DNA of 64,000 nt, taken from NCBI GenBank assembly GCA_963743305.1, contig CAVUPH010000010.1, positions 96,001 to 160,000 on the forward strand, in the 5' to 3' direction. The notes below the pieces were generated by a model, which worked only from the letters and a program-made list of their open reading frames with translations, did not search any database and had not been told where the DNA came from. Each line of letters opens with the position of its first letter. The stretch's first letter is position 1. Of the stretch, positions 9,099 to 20,369 are shown one piece after another. A program made the position numbers and the translations under genes. Origin of the DNA: an uncultured delta proteobacterium. GTDB lineage: Bacteria; Desulfobacterota; RBG-13-43-22.

Positions 9099-12000
9099 TA
9101 AATTTCTCCGTTACCTGAGCGATTTCGGTGCTGTTGGACCTGATACATAAAGGCCTCCAGGCGGGTTTGGGTATTGGTCTGCTCCTGCCCGTCATAAGAC
9201 AGGTTCAGGAAGGGGATATTTTGGTGGTCTTCCCGATACCGCTTGAGCAGGGCGTTGACAATGGTTCCGGGCATGCAGGTAAAAGGCATGATGTTGACTA
9301 ACCCCGAGGCGCCTTTTAAGACATAGTCCGTAGCCTTGCCGATACTTAAGACCGCCTCGCCCTCAAAGGAGGAATCCAGGTAGGGTTTCGCCCTTTTGAG
9401 GGTCAGGCTGATGGATGGCTCCCCGTAATTGCGCAGGGATCCTCGAAAAGTGCTTTCCAGCTCATGCTCCAGTTTGGTCTGGACCCGATGGGTGAGCAGC
9501 ACTTCAATCAGGCTGGAAAATTTCCTTAAACGGATGGCCCGCCAGATGGCGGTGTAGTTGGTATAGAGAATCCACTCGGAAATAGGGGGGAGCCAGGCCT
9601 CACCCCCCAAGGCTTCTATGCCGAGCACTACGTTTTCATTCGAGAACTTGTTGGCCCGGGTGTAAATTTCTCCCACCACGCCGATAACCGGCCTCGAACC
9701 GGGGTCGTTGACCGGCACGTTTTCAAAGGTCCGTCGGGCCGACCACAGCACGGCCGTCAAGTCGCCCCGGGCGGTGATGGTTTTGGCCATTTTCCCCAAG
9801 AAGTGCTGGTAGACCTCCCCGGCTTCACCCGGGCGGGCTTCATAGGGGCGGGTTTCCCGAAGCTTTTTCTCCAGCATGTCGACCGCCACAATTCCCTGCC
9901 AGGCCAGCCGGGTAAAGTCGCTGCCCCCCACCATACCCAGTTCCTGATAGAGGGTCTCGCTCTGGTCCGGCGCGTAGATGGGCACCTCGGGGTAACCCAG
10001 CTCATCCAGAACCAGACGGTGGAAGCGGTGATATTGGCCGAAGCGGCAGGGGCCGGTCCCGGAAGGCATGAAAAAGGAGGCTTTATTAGCATTGAAATCC
10101 GACCGCTGGACCATCTTGGCCATATCCCCGGTGGTTAAGATACAAGGATAACACTCTTTGCCCGAGGTGAGCTTTCGGCCGAGAACCAGCGTCTCCTGGT
10201 CGGAGTCGGGCAGGACTTCGGCTTCCACCCCGCAGGCCCGGAAGGCGGCGGCCACGGCCAGGGATTGGTCGGTCATAGGCGGGATATAGATTTTTCGGCT
10301 GTTGCCGCTGGGGATCCGGGAAACCTTGGTCGGCGCCGCTTTCAGGAGTTTCCGGCCTCGGGTGTTTTTTAGACTATCCAGGAAGGCCTCCAGTCGGGTT
10401 ACCACGCCGGCGTCGGCGCTGTGCTCATCGATTTCAATTTCCAGATAAGGCTTTCCTTTTAAGATGTTTCGAAAGAAATGGAGTATAAAGGAGTCGGGTC
10501 CGCAACTGAAATTGGTGATGTAGATCCCGTAAAGGTTCGGGTTGTGGAGCAAAACATCGGCGGCCCCCAGAATCTTCTGTCCAAAACGCCAGTAATGATG
10601 GCGGGATTCTTCCGGATCGACGGGGGAATCCAGGGGAAAGAAGTCCATGGGAATGGCCAGGATTCCCAAGTCCCGCAATTTTTTGGGGATATTCAAATTG
10701 ATTCCCGGGTCAAAACCGTTGTAGGGGCGGCTGACCACGACCATGGCGATTTCCTCGGGCCCCAGGTCCTGCAGAACTTCCCGTCCCCGATTCAACAGTT
10801 GGGCATAGAAGGCTTCCTGGGCCGCCAGGGCCTTCTCCAGGGCGATGGGCACCAGAAAGGGACTGACTTTCAGGTCCCGGGCCAGCTTGACCAGGCCTTT
10901 TTGCAGGGCCTTATCCCCCCGGCCGAGATATAGAACCGGCTGGAAAAGCTGTACGCCCAGAGCGGCGAGGTTAATGCTGGCCGGTACCGTGTAGGGCAAG
11001 GTTTGGGCATAGGGGCAAACCACTCCCTGGTCATGTTCCTGGTTTTTCGCTTTCAGATCAATGATGCTGGGCAGAAAAAGACGGTCCACCCCCTGCTGGA
11101 TCAATTCCAGGATATGGCCGTGGGCCACTTTGATCGGCAGACAAGTCTCAGCGGCCATGACTTCCACGCCCCGGTGGATAATGGATTTGTTGGTGGGACC
11201 GGAGATCACCACTTCAAAGCCCAATTCGGTCAGGAAGGTCCGGAAGAAGGGCAGCAGTTCCCGGAAAAACATGGTCCGAGGTATCCCAATCTTTCCCTTT
11301 TTCCCGCCGGGATTGCTGTCTTCAGGCCGCCCGACCAGCCATTCTTCCCGCTCGGCAAAAAGGTCGGGCAGGGTTTTGGTGGTGGCGGGTTTCTTGCTGT
11401 CCAGATCATATTTGTCGCAGCGGCTGCCGTAAAACAACGGCCGTTCCCCTTCAATGGTCACCTTTTTAACTTCGCACTGGTTGGGGCAGCTCCGGCATTC
11501 AAAAGAGGAAATCTCATAGCGGCTCTGGGCCAGGTCAAAGCCCTTGAAGCCGCTCTCCGCCCAAGTCTGTTCCCGTAGGGCCAGGATGGCTACCCCGATG
11601 GCCCCGGTAACGTCATTATGTTCCGGGACGATGATCGGTTTCCCCACCACTTTTTCAAAGGCGGCGACAATGCCTTTATTGGAGGCGGTAGCCCCCTGAT
11701 AAAAAATGCGCCGGCCAATACGCCGGTCTTCCACGACCTTGTTCAAATAATTTTGCACGATGGAATAACTCAAGCCGGCCACCAGGTCGGGCTGGTCCAT
11801 CCCTCGTTGTTGATGATGCACCAGGTCGGATTCCATAAAGACCGTACACCGTTCGCCCAGGCGGATAGGCTCCTGGGAAGACAAGGCCAAATCGCCGAAT
11901 TCCCCGCGAATCGAAATGCCCAACTTTTCGGCCTGCTCTTCCAGAAAGGAACCGGTTCCGGCCGCACAGACCTTGTTCATCATAAAGTCCACGATGGCCC

Positions 12001-13306
12001 CGTTTTCCAGGCTGATATATTTGGAGTCCTGACCTCCGATCTCAAAGATGGTATCCACTTCCGGATCAATGGCGGCGGCGGCGGTGGCCTGCGCGGTTAT
12101 TTCATTGCGGACGATGTCGGCTCCGATAAAGTCTCCGGTCAAGTATCTTCCGGAACCTGTAGTCCCGGCCCCCCGGATGACGACCCGATCGCCCACTTCG
12201 GCCCCAGCCGCGGCCAATCCCTGGCGTATGGCCTCCAACGGTCTGCCGGCGGTCATTAAATATTGTTTGGACAGGACCCGCATCTCCCGGTCGATGACCA
12301 CCACGTTGGTGCTGATGGAACCGACATCGATTCCCAGGTAGGCTTCTATCTTTTCTCCGGCCGAGGGCTCCGGGAAGGGCTGGGTGGAAAAGGGTTGCTG
12401 GTAATCCGGCCTCAGGGTGAGCGGACTTAAGCGACTGGCTTCCGGAGAATAAGATTGGATATATTCTTCCAGGGGGGCCAGGCCGGAGAAGTGGAAACTA
12501 AATTGGGGATCATCCCGAGTGACCAGAGAGGCCCCGATGGCCCCCATGGAAAAGTAGTGCTCCGGGATGATCAGCTCCCCCTGTTCCAGCCCTAAGACTT
12601 CGGTGAAGGCCCGGCGAACCCCCAGATTGGCGGCCACCCCGCCCTGGAAGGCTACCGGTTTAATAAATTTTTTTCCTTTGGCGATATTACTCTTCAGGTT
12701 CCGGGCCACGGCAAAGCACAACCCGGCGATGATGTCATAATCGGGCGTGGCCTCCTGTTGCAGGTGGATCATATCGGTTTTAGCAAAAACCGTGCAGCGG
12801 CCGGCAATACGAGGCGGAACCGCGGACTTTAAGGCCAGGGCGCTAAATGCTTCGATGGTCAATCCCAGACGATGGGCTTGTTGATCCAGGAAGGAACCGG
12901 TGCCGGCCGCACACAGGGTGTTCATGGCAAAATCTTGAATCGCCAGGTTTCCGGAAGCCTCTTCGGCCAGGAGGATCAGTTTGGAATCCTCCCCGCCCAT
13001 TTCAATAATGGTGCGAACCTGGGGATAAAAGAATTCGACCGCCCGGGCCTGGGCAATGATTTCATTCACCAGCGGAACTTTGAGGATCTTGGCCACCAGC
13101 TTACCGGCGGTGCCGGTCAGCGTTAGGGTTCGACAGTTTTCAGCGGGGAATTCTCGAAAAAATTCCTGTAGGACGGACAGCGCCGTTTCCAGAGGCTGGC
13201 CCTTGGTCCGCTGGTAATCTTCTTTGACTACCTGATTGCTTTCGGAAAGGATAACGGTGTTGGCGCTGACTGAACCAATATCCATTCCCAAAAAATACCC
13301 TTCCAT
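9098..13306 (-). CDS. 2-hydroxyacyl-CoA dehydratase activase fusion (two BcrAD/BadFG ATPase domains plus DUF2229-type domains)
   Basis: Two GxDxGS, GGxDSK, MN..CAAGTGSFL and RCTVF repeats; CLPIK.AHGH, FSCGPD, ECYP, PCRFGQY, PFTCMP. Confidence 0.9.
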   Translation of the reverse strand: MEGYFLGMDIGSVSANTVILSESNQVVKEDYQRTKGQPLETALSVLQEFFREFPAENCRTLTLTGTAGKLVAKILKVPLVNEIIAQARAVEFFYPQVRTIIEMGGEDSKLILLAEEASGNLAIQDFAMNTLCAAGTGSFLDQQAHRLGLTIEAFSALALKSAVPPRIAGRCTVFAKTDMIHLQQEATPDYDIIAGLCFAVARNLKSNIAKGKKFIKPVAFQGGVAANLGVRRAFTEVLGLEQGELIIPEHYFSMGAIGASLVTRDDPQFSFHFSGLAPLEEYIQSYSPEASRLSPLTLRPDYQQPFSTQPFPEPSAGEKIEAYLGIDVGSISTNVVVIDREMRVLSKQYLMTAGRPLEAIRQGLAAAGAEVGDRVVIRGAGTTGSGRYLTGDFIGADIVRNEITAQATAAAAIDPEVDTIFEIGGQDSKYISLENGAIVDFMMNKVCAAGTGSFLEEQAEKLGISIRGEFGDLALSSQEPIRLGERCTVFMESDLVHHQQRGMDQPDLVAGLSYSIVQNYLNKVVEDRRIGRRIFYQGATASNKGIVAAFEKVVGKPIIVPEHNDVTGAIGVAILALREQTWAESGFKGFDLAQSRYEISSFECRSCPNQCEVKKVTIEGERPLFYGSRCDKYDLDSKKPATTKTLPDLFAEREEWLVGRPEDSNPGGKKGKIGIPRTMFFRELLPFFRTFLTELGFEVVISGPTNKSIIHRGVEVMAAETCLPIKVAHGHILELIQQGVDRLFLPSIIDLKAKNQEHDQGVVCPYAQTLPYTVPASINLAALGVQLFQPVLYLGRGDKALQKGLVKLARDLKVSPFLVPIALEKALAAQEAFYAQLLNRGREVLQDLGPEEIAMVVVSRPYNGFDPGINLNIPKKLRDLGILAIPMDFFPLDSPVDPEESRHHYWRFGQKILGAADVLLHNPNLYGIYITNFSCGPDSFILHFFRNILKGKPYLEIEIDEHSADAGVVTRLEAFLDSLKNTRGRKLLKAAPTKVSRIPSGNSRKIYIPPMTDQSLAVAAAFRACGVEAEVLPDSDQETLVLGRKLTSGKECYPCILTTGDMAKMVQRSDFNANKASFFMPSGTGPCRFGQYHRFHRLVLDELGYPEVPIYAPDQSETLYQELGMVGGSDFTRLAWQGIVAVDMLEKKLRETRPYEARPGEAGEVYQHFLGKMAKTITARGDLTAVLWSARRTFENVPVNDPGSRPVIGVVGEIYTRANKFSNENVVLGIEALGGEAWLPPISEWILYTNYTAIWRAIRLRKFSSLIEVLLTHRVQTKLEHELESTFRGSLRNYGEPSISLTLKRAKPYLDSSFEGEAVLSIGKATDYVLKGASGLVNIMPFTCMPGTIVNALLKRYREDHQNIPFLNLSYDGQEQTNTQTRLEAFMYQVQQHRNRSGNGEI

Positions 13307-13332
13307 CTAATCCTCCAAAAATAAGGCTCAGG

Positions 13333-14253
13333 CTAACGCCTGAGAAAAAAGTCATTCCGGTTAAAAGCTTCGCGAGCGATCTTTTGCTGGTCCAATAAAC
13401 GATTCAACAGCTCTAAGGTCTGTTGCCGGGAAATCCCGGTCAGGCGGGAGAGGTCCTCTGCCGTGCAGGGCCTCCTGGCTAGCAGGCCCAAGATCTCGGA
13501 TTCCAGCATTTCATTTTGAAAATCCGCCTTTACCGTGGCTGGAGCGATGATTTCCGCCCGGGGTCCCATTATCCGCCGGATGGCTTCCAGTGCCCGGTGA
13601 TCCAAAGCCTGGGCGAAGGCCTCCACCGGCGGTCGAACCACGGTGTTTATCTGGATTTTTTCCGGGTTTATTTTTTCAATGGTCCGGGACAGGGCTTCGA
13701 TTTGAGCCGGTTGATCATTCAAACCACGCAAAAACAGAACTTCCAGCCAAATTCGGGGGCCTGGGAGTTGACCTAAAAGGATTAGCCCTTCGATGATGGC
13801 CTCGAGCCGTAGTTCGGGATGAGGCCGATTGATCACCTGAAAGGCCTCGGGATCAACGGTGTCCAGAGAGGGGATGATCAGATCGGCTGCTTTGACCCGT
13901 TCCAAAACGAGGGGATTAAAAAAAAGGGACCCGTTGGTGATCAGGGCCAGGGGTTGGGCGTATCTTTTTTTAATCGCCTGGATCAGGTGCCCCAGTTCGG
14001 GATGAAGCGTGGGTTCCCCGGAACCGGAAATGGTCAGAAAGTCGATCTTTTGATCTGTGGTGGCCAGAAAGTCATCCAGTTCGGCTAAAACGGCCTCCGG
14101 TGGAATTAGGTCCTCGGGCGCCAGAGTTCGGCAGGTGGTTGGACCCAATTCGCAATAAATGCAGTCAAAAGAACAGGTTTTATAGGGCAGGAGGTCAACC
14201 CCCAGAGAAAAGCCCAGTCGGCGGGAGGGGACCGGTCCAAAAACATACTTCAT
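13333..14253 (-). CDS. Radical SAM protein (TYW1-like bacterial family)
   Basis: YVFGPVPSRRLGFSLGVD, CSFDCIYC, SGSGEPTL. Confidence 0.88.
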   Translation of the reverse strand: MKYVFGPVPSRRLGFSLGVDLLPYKTCSFDCIYCELGPTTCRTLAPEDLIPPEAVLAELDDFLATTDQKIDFLTISGSGEPTLHPELGHLIQAIKKRYAQPLALITNGSLFFNPLVLERVKAADLIIPSLDTVDPEAFQVINRPHPELRLEAIIEGLILLGQLPGPRIWLEVLFLRGLNDQPAQIEALSRTIEKINPEKIQINTVVRPPVEAFAQALDHRALEAIRRIMGPRAEIIAPATVKADFQNEMLESEILGLLARRPCTAEDLSRLTGISRQQTLELLNRLLDQQKIAREAFNRNDFFLRR

Positions 14254-14413
14254 TGAATCAAACCTTGTTTCTTACCTTTCAGATGAAGGGGGAGACACCT
14301 TCTTCGATTTATGTAACCAAAGTTGAGAAGGCCTGTCAATTTTAAAAATGTCGCCTGCCCCTTTGGGTGGATATTCTCGCTCATTTGGTCTGGCCGCCGG
14401 GGGATTTCCCTTT

Positions 14414-17400
14414 TCAGACAACAAGCAGGCTCGTGGAGGCCGTCGCCCCAAGTGCTGTTGGGGGAGGATTCTTAAGGGGAGGAGAAGCAACGAACACTTG
14501 GCGAACTTTTTCGGCTAAGGTCTCCGGCGAAAAGGGCTTCTCGATGAAAGCTAAGCCCGGAGTAAGAACTCCCTGTTGGACGATTGCATTATTCGAGTAG
14601 CCGGACATATAAAGGACCTTGATACCCGGTCTGAAAGAAAGGATTTGATCGGCCAACTCACGGCCGTTTAGACCCGGCATGACCACATCGGTCAGCAGAA
14701 GGTCGATTTTCTCCCCGTATTCCCGGGTAATTTTTAAGGCGGGTTCACCCCCGGGAGCTTCGATGACCGTATACCCATATTGCTTCAGGGCTTCGCTGGT
14801 CAGGTTGCGGACGAGTTCATTATCTTCCACAATTAGAATGGTTTCCGAACCTTGAAGCAGATTCGGTGAATGGTGATCGCTTTCCTTGTGGGCCGATTTC
14901 CCCTCGGCCTGGGGCAAAAATATTTGAAACGACGTTCCGCATTCCGGCTGGCTGTCTACCCAGATATAGCCCCCACTTTGCTTAATGATACCGTAAACCG
15001 TGGATAAACCCAGGCCGGTTCCTTTCCCTAACTCCTTGGTGGTAAAGAAAGGTTCAAATAAATGGGATCTGGTTTCCAGGTCCATTCCGGTGCCCGTATC
15101 CCTGACTTCCAGCAAAACATAAGGACCGGGTTGCAGACTGACTCCTTTTTTGCGGGCATAGGCCTGATCCAAGACGACGTTAGCCGTTTCAATCGTTATT
15201 TTCCCGCCCCGGACCATAGCATCCCGGGCATTGACCACCAGATTCATCAAGACCTGGCCCATTTGATTCGGATCTACCTTAACCCGAAAAAGGCCGGATT
15301 CCAAATGGGTTTCCAGTTCGATATCTTCCCCGATCAGTCGTTGGAGCATCTTTTTTAGGTCGTTCACTATCAGGTTTAAATCCAAAACCTTGGGTTGCAG
15401 CATTTGTTTCCGGCTGAAAGCCAGCAGTTGTTGGGTCAAAGAGGCGGCCCTCTTTCCGGCCTTTTTGATTTCCTCCACTTTGCCGATCAGCGGGTGGTCC
15501 CGGTTCAAGCTTAATAGAATGAGGTCGGCATAGCCAATGATCCCGGTCAGCATGTTATTAAAGTCGTGGGCCACTCCCCCGGCCAACCGGCCGATAGCCT
15601 CCATTTTTTGGGATTGCCGCAACTGATCTTCTAATTTCTTTTTTTCCTCTTCCACCCACAGTCGTTCCAGGGCATGGGCGAAGATTTCTCCGATGATGGT
15701 TAATAACGTTACGATTTCATTTGGCCAGTCTCTTTTCTCGCCGGCCGAATCAAAACCCAGGAATCCGATCAGGTTTCCGCCATAGACCATGGGAACGCAG
15801 AGGAGGGATTTAAGGCCCCGGGATGAAAAGGCACTCTTTTCCGCCTCGGCTTCCGGGGGTAACTGAGCGACATCGGGGATCGAGACCACTTCTTGCCGCT
15901 TGATAATATTATAGAACCAGGGGAGGTCCGGCAGGGAGGATTCCGCCAACATGTCCTGAGAGCCGGGGAGGCCTTCCGCACACCAAAGATGGGTCTTCTC
16001 GACTCGGCTGCCGGAATCGATAAAACGGAAAATAAAGCTGCGATCCGTTCGGGCGAAGTTCCCGATCTGTTTCAACGCCAGGCTGATTTCCGGATTGATA
16101 TCCTCGGAGGCCAAGTTGATAAAGTGGGTGGAGATGGAGGTAATCAGTTTTTCCAGTTCCACGCGGTACTGAAGGGCCTCTTCGGCCAATTGCCGGTCGG
16201 TGATATCCTTGAAAGTCCCCACCAGGCCGATCACCTTTCCTTCGGCATCCAGGTTAGGCGCGGCGCTAAGGCTGAAATAGCGTTCACTGCCATTTTGATG
16301 GAGGATGGTCCCGGTCAAATCTCGGACGGTTTTTTTCTGATCCCGGGTTTCCTTAAAGATCTCTTTGTATCGAGGAATCTCCTCTGGTTTGACGAACTCA
16401 ATAAAGAAATGGCCGATCACTTCCTCCGTCGGATGGCCCAAAATCCTTTCCCAGGCCGGGTTGACATAGGTGAAAGCCCCGTCGATTCCGATCGTATAGA
16501 TGATATCCGGCGAGTTGGAACTAAGCGAACGAAACCGTTCTTCGCTCTCCTGAATTTTTTTATAAGAAATGGCGTTATTGATGCTGATGGCGATCTGGGG
16601 AGCGATGCCCAAGAGGAGGTTCAAATCGCTTTGGTTTAATTTGCGTCCCGCTTTGGGGTTATCCACCAGCAGGATTCCCAGAGATTCCCCCTTGTAGACA
16701 ATGGGCACGCTGATGAAGGACCGGGTCTCCATGCGGTAAACAAATTCCAGACTCTTGGGGGAGATATCCTGTTTGATCTTTGAGACGTCATCAATCAAAA
16801 AAGGGGTTTGGTTTTTAAAGGTTAAAACGGCCACCCCTTTGGATTGGGGATTATCAAGACGGAAGGACAACTTGCTTAAGTAATCATTTTCTTTATCGGA
16901 ATATCCGTAGCCGACCGAAAAGGTCAGGTGTTTTTTCCCTTTGTCCGCCATCATGATCATGCCGCGGTTAAAGTCCAGTCGTTTTTCCAAGGCCTCCATG
17001 ATATATTTAAGCAGTCGATCAATATCCAGGATCATGGAGATGACCTGGCCTATTTCCTGGATGAGGAGTGCCCCGTTGTATCGGAAATTAACTTGCTCTA
17101 AAGCCTGTTGGGCGTCCTGACTTTGGGAGGTTATGGCCTCCAGAAGATCTTTTTTTTCCAGGTCTTGGTGTATAGAAACACCCCCACATTCAATAAAGTT
17201 GGAACAAGTAACAATTCAGCCCAAAGCGTTGGAGGAAACATCAAAAAAGAACCGACCGCGAATAAGGCACTTCCCAGGAACAGATAACGATTTAAGATTT
17301 TCCACTTATAGGCGGATGCGCGTTTAAGGGAAATAATGTACCGGCAACACTCGCCGCCCTGGTGAATGCATTCGGGATGATCAATGGTTGCGAATTGTCT

Positions 17401-17880
17401 GGTGTAAAATTTGGAAATGGCCTCTAGCATCCCTATCCGATTATCGCAAGTGTAAGAACTTTCCTTGATGCCCGGCTTGGACATTGCTAAAAATTCGACG
17501 GTATGAGGGCCGAGCTTTCGGGTTTTAAAATCAGTGGCCTTAGTTATATTTTCGGCAAATTTTTCTATCAGGGAATAGGCTAGGGGCGCGGTTAAGAACC
17601 CCAGGCCATATTGTCTAATGAAACCAAAGGATTCTGAGGAGTGGGTGAACCTTCCCACTTCACGGGAGATATTGGGGTTTTTTGTTTTTTCTGTCAGGAT
17701 TTCATGAAATTGATCCAATTGTGTCTGGGTGAACCAATGCCCCCCATCCTCCACTTCGAGAATCGTCATCCCGGCATAATCCAACATCTCACTGATGGAG
17801 ATATCGGGATAGTATTTCCGGAGGAAATCAATGTAGGTTTTTACGATCCGGCTACTATAAAGGGGGGTATTTTCATTCAC
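14414..17880 (-). CDS. Hybrid sensor kinase: V4R-like N-terminal domain, 2 TM, GAF-PAS-GAF, HisKA, HATPase, REC; frameshift near 17160
   Basis: ORFs 17131-17880 and 14414-17035 join if one base is restored (..TKT-LEKKDLLEAITSQ..GALLIQEIGQVISMILDID); HPECIHQGGECCRY motif; AGGVAHDFNN, GKGTGLGL, LLTDVVMP. Confidence 0.85.
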
Positions 17881-18202
17881 CGTTTCAATATCCCAGGGAA
17901 ATATGAAGGATAGCGGTAATTGTTAGAGTATTTTCCAGAATAACCTTTTTTCATTTAGCCCATGCATTGCTATGACATCGGAAGGAGAGCAAAAGGCGCA
18001 ACCTCGAGCGCTTTTGGATCTCCAAAGTCGAAAATCTACTTGGTATTAAAGAGTTACATGGATAATCGGTCGAAGGCCGATAAAAAGTCAAGAACAATTT
18101 TTAAAGGAAATAGCCGTACTCCTCCTTGAGGGGCATCGTCGGTTTTTAATTCAATCCTGGTGGTTTGGTGTTTGGTGGCTTCCTCACCTTGCCCTTCCCG
18201 GC

Positions 18203-18502
18203 ATGTTCATTTGGGGAGCGGTGGGGAATTATCTGTACTATCTTCAAGTCCAAAAAAAAATTTTGGATTATAGAAAGCAGACGAATGGAGGCTTGCTTAT
18301 TAAGCCGTTAAATGAGTTAGGGGGGGTAAACAGCTGGGTTTGGGTATTGGGTCTTATCGTCAGCTTCATTTTCTTAGCGGGTTTTGGTTTAAGTGCGATG
18401 ATGCTCTACCGATTCTTGACCCGAGGATATTTAAACGTTCAAGATTACGTAGAAATAGGATTTTCATCGGGGGGTAGTTTTTGGTTAAATCCAACGCTAT
18501 GA
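18203..18502 (+). pseudogene. Small membrane protein or fragment, DUF2628-like C-terminal half
   Basis: GNYLYY...KKI...GGVN followed by a TM helix; no clear intact N-terminus. Confidence 0.35.
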
Positions 18503-18692
18503 AGACCTCGACCTTTCCCGGAGCTTCATTCCCGTGAAAATTTTGCTCTAAGAAGAATCTGGGGTACGAAGATACGGGCTCATTTTGAAACGCTCCCCAA
18601 GAATCTGATCTATTTAGGCATGACCGAAAGGAGACTTCTCCCTAAACTCTTGCAAAAAATAGATAATCTTCCAAAGCGTAGAATAGGGGAGG

Positions 18693-20369
18693 GTGTCAAT
18701 TATGGATGCCATCATTATTGCGGACGCTGCGTCAGAGAGCGTTTCCGCAACAAATCAAATGAAGCTGACTATCGGTGGGCAGGTATCGACCATTCAAACG
18801 GTCAAAAATTTTCTGGATAATCATGGGCGTGTAGTTCATCCCATAATTGGAGATGGGGTGTCCAGTTGGGGGTCGTCTTTGAAGTTGAACGGCCTCTACC
18901 TTTATAGTTATTTGTCAGGACAGGGATTTGACGTCCAGTTGGTAGATAGTTACTTCGAGGAAAAAGAAAAATTTATTGAAATGCTTAAGCATTCTCCAAA
19001 GGCGGTAGTGATCTCGACTACCTTCATAATTAGCAAAAAGACACTGGAATACCTTGTCCGTGATATCAGGACTGTGGCCCCCGGTATTTTTATCATCGCC
19101 GGTGGCCAGTTTGTGCATCTTTCAAGCAGAATCAGGGAGAGGCAGAAGTCAGATAACCCTATAATGGATATATTTGACAACGATTGTCTTTTCCTCGATG
19201 AGAAGAACGAACCTTCCGTGGATCTTTATATTATCAGCTCCAGTGGAGAAGAAATACTTTCCCAGGCACTGACAATGCTTAGGAAAAAAGGGAAAGTGGA
19301 AGGGCTTCCCAACACCGCTACGTACCAAAGGAAGAAGTACTCCATAGGCAGCAGAGTAGAGGAAAGGGTAAAGGTGGGGGGGATCACTGTGGACTGGAGG
19401 AGAATGCCTGGAGAATTTTTTCAATCCGGGGTTGTTCCACTTCAAGCCAGCTACGGATGTCCTTATAATTGCGCCTTTTGTAATTTTATGAAAGATAGAC
19501 GCCTAATGGGCGTGAAACCGATTGAGGACTTGATTGAGGAATTAAAGATAGTTCAAGAGAGAGGCGCTAGATATGTGTGGTTTGCCGATGACAACTTTCG
19601 GTTGGGGAGAAACGATTTGGAGAGAGTTTGCCAAAAATTTCTTGATTGTGGGATAAACGTGAAGTGGAAAAGTTTCATACGGCCAGGCGCAATGAAAGGC
19701 ATGGACATGGGGATTCTAAAGGCCTCCGGGTGTGTTGAGGTCCAGTTCGGACTTGAGTCGGCTGATCGCTCCATGCTTAAAAGGATGAATAAGAAAGCGA
19801 ACCCGGATCTTTATGCTGAAGTAATAGAAAGGGTATTGAGGGCAGGCATCAATTGCTCTTGTTATTTTATATTCGGCTTCCCCGGAGAGACAGAAAAAAC
19901 GGTCAAGCGGACCCTTGAATTCATTAAAGGCCTCGAGCATCCAGAATTGGATGGTTGTATTTCTTTTTCGATGTTTCCCTTTATTATCGCTCCGTTAAGT
20001 TCTATGTCAGAACCAAAGAGTGCACAGAAGTACGGGCTAAAAGGAAAGAACATGTGCCAGTGGCAGCATCACACGATGAATTCTAAAGAAGCTACGGATC
20101 TTGCTACAAGGGCCTTTTTCGAACTCGAGACTGCTGGGATCATCTACAGTGGTGACAATCTTGACATGTTGTTCGAACTCGACCCTCGGAAAAGGAAAAA
20201 GTTCAATGCCATAAGGCAAGATATGGCCAAGCTGGCGGCAAAGGGGTTATTGAAAGAAATGGACATGTTTGAAGCGTTTGGAAAGAACCTGTTGGAATCG
20301 ACAACCTCCTATTCCCATTCCTCGCTGCCGGTCAGTACCGTCCGTTTCAGCGGCTGGACCGTGCGATAG
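18693..20369 (+). CDS. B12-binding (class B-like) radical SAM protein
   Basis: VVISTTF, IIAGG, ASYGCPYNCAFC, FADDNF, GLESAD, FIFGFPGET; visibly lower GC than flanks; start may be ATG 18702. Confidence 0.88.
   Translation: MSIMDAIIIADAASESVSATNQMKLTIGGQVSTIQTVKNFLDNHGRVVHPIIGDGVSSWGSSLKLNGLYLYSYLSGQGFDVQLVDSYFEEKEKFIEMLKHSPKAVVISTTFIISKKTLEYLVRDIRTVAPGIFIIAGGQFVHLSSRIRERQKSDNPIMDIFDNDCLFLDEKNEPSVDLYIISSSGEEILSQALTMLRKKGKVEGLPNTATYQRKKYSIGSRVEERVKVGGITVDWRRMPGEFFQSGVVPLQASYGCPYNCAFCNFMKDRRLMGVKPIEDLIEELKIVQERGARYVWFADDNFRLGRNDLERVCQKFLDCGINVKWKSFIRPGAMKGMDMGILKASGCVEVQFGLESADRSMLKRMNKKANPDLYAEVIERVLRAGINCSCYFIFGFPGETEKTVKRTLEFIKGLEHPELDGCISFSMFPFIIAPLSSMSEPKSAQKYGLKGKNMCQWQHHTMNSKEATDLATRAFFELETAGIIYSGDNLDMLFELDPRKRKKFNAIRQDMAKLAAKGLLKEMDMFEAFGKNLLESTTSYSHSSLPVSTVRFSGWTVR

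Noticed and set aside
17150-17157. A8 run as programmed frameshift or phase-variation site
   Set aside because: The sensible reading LEKKDLLE requires the shift just before the run, and six similar indels occur elsewhere
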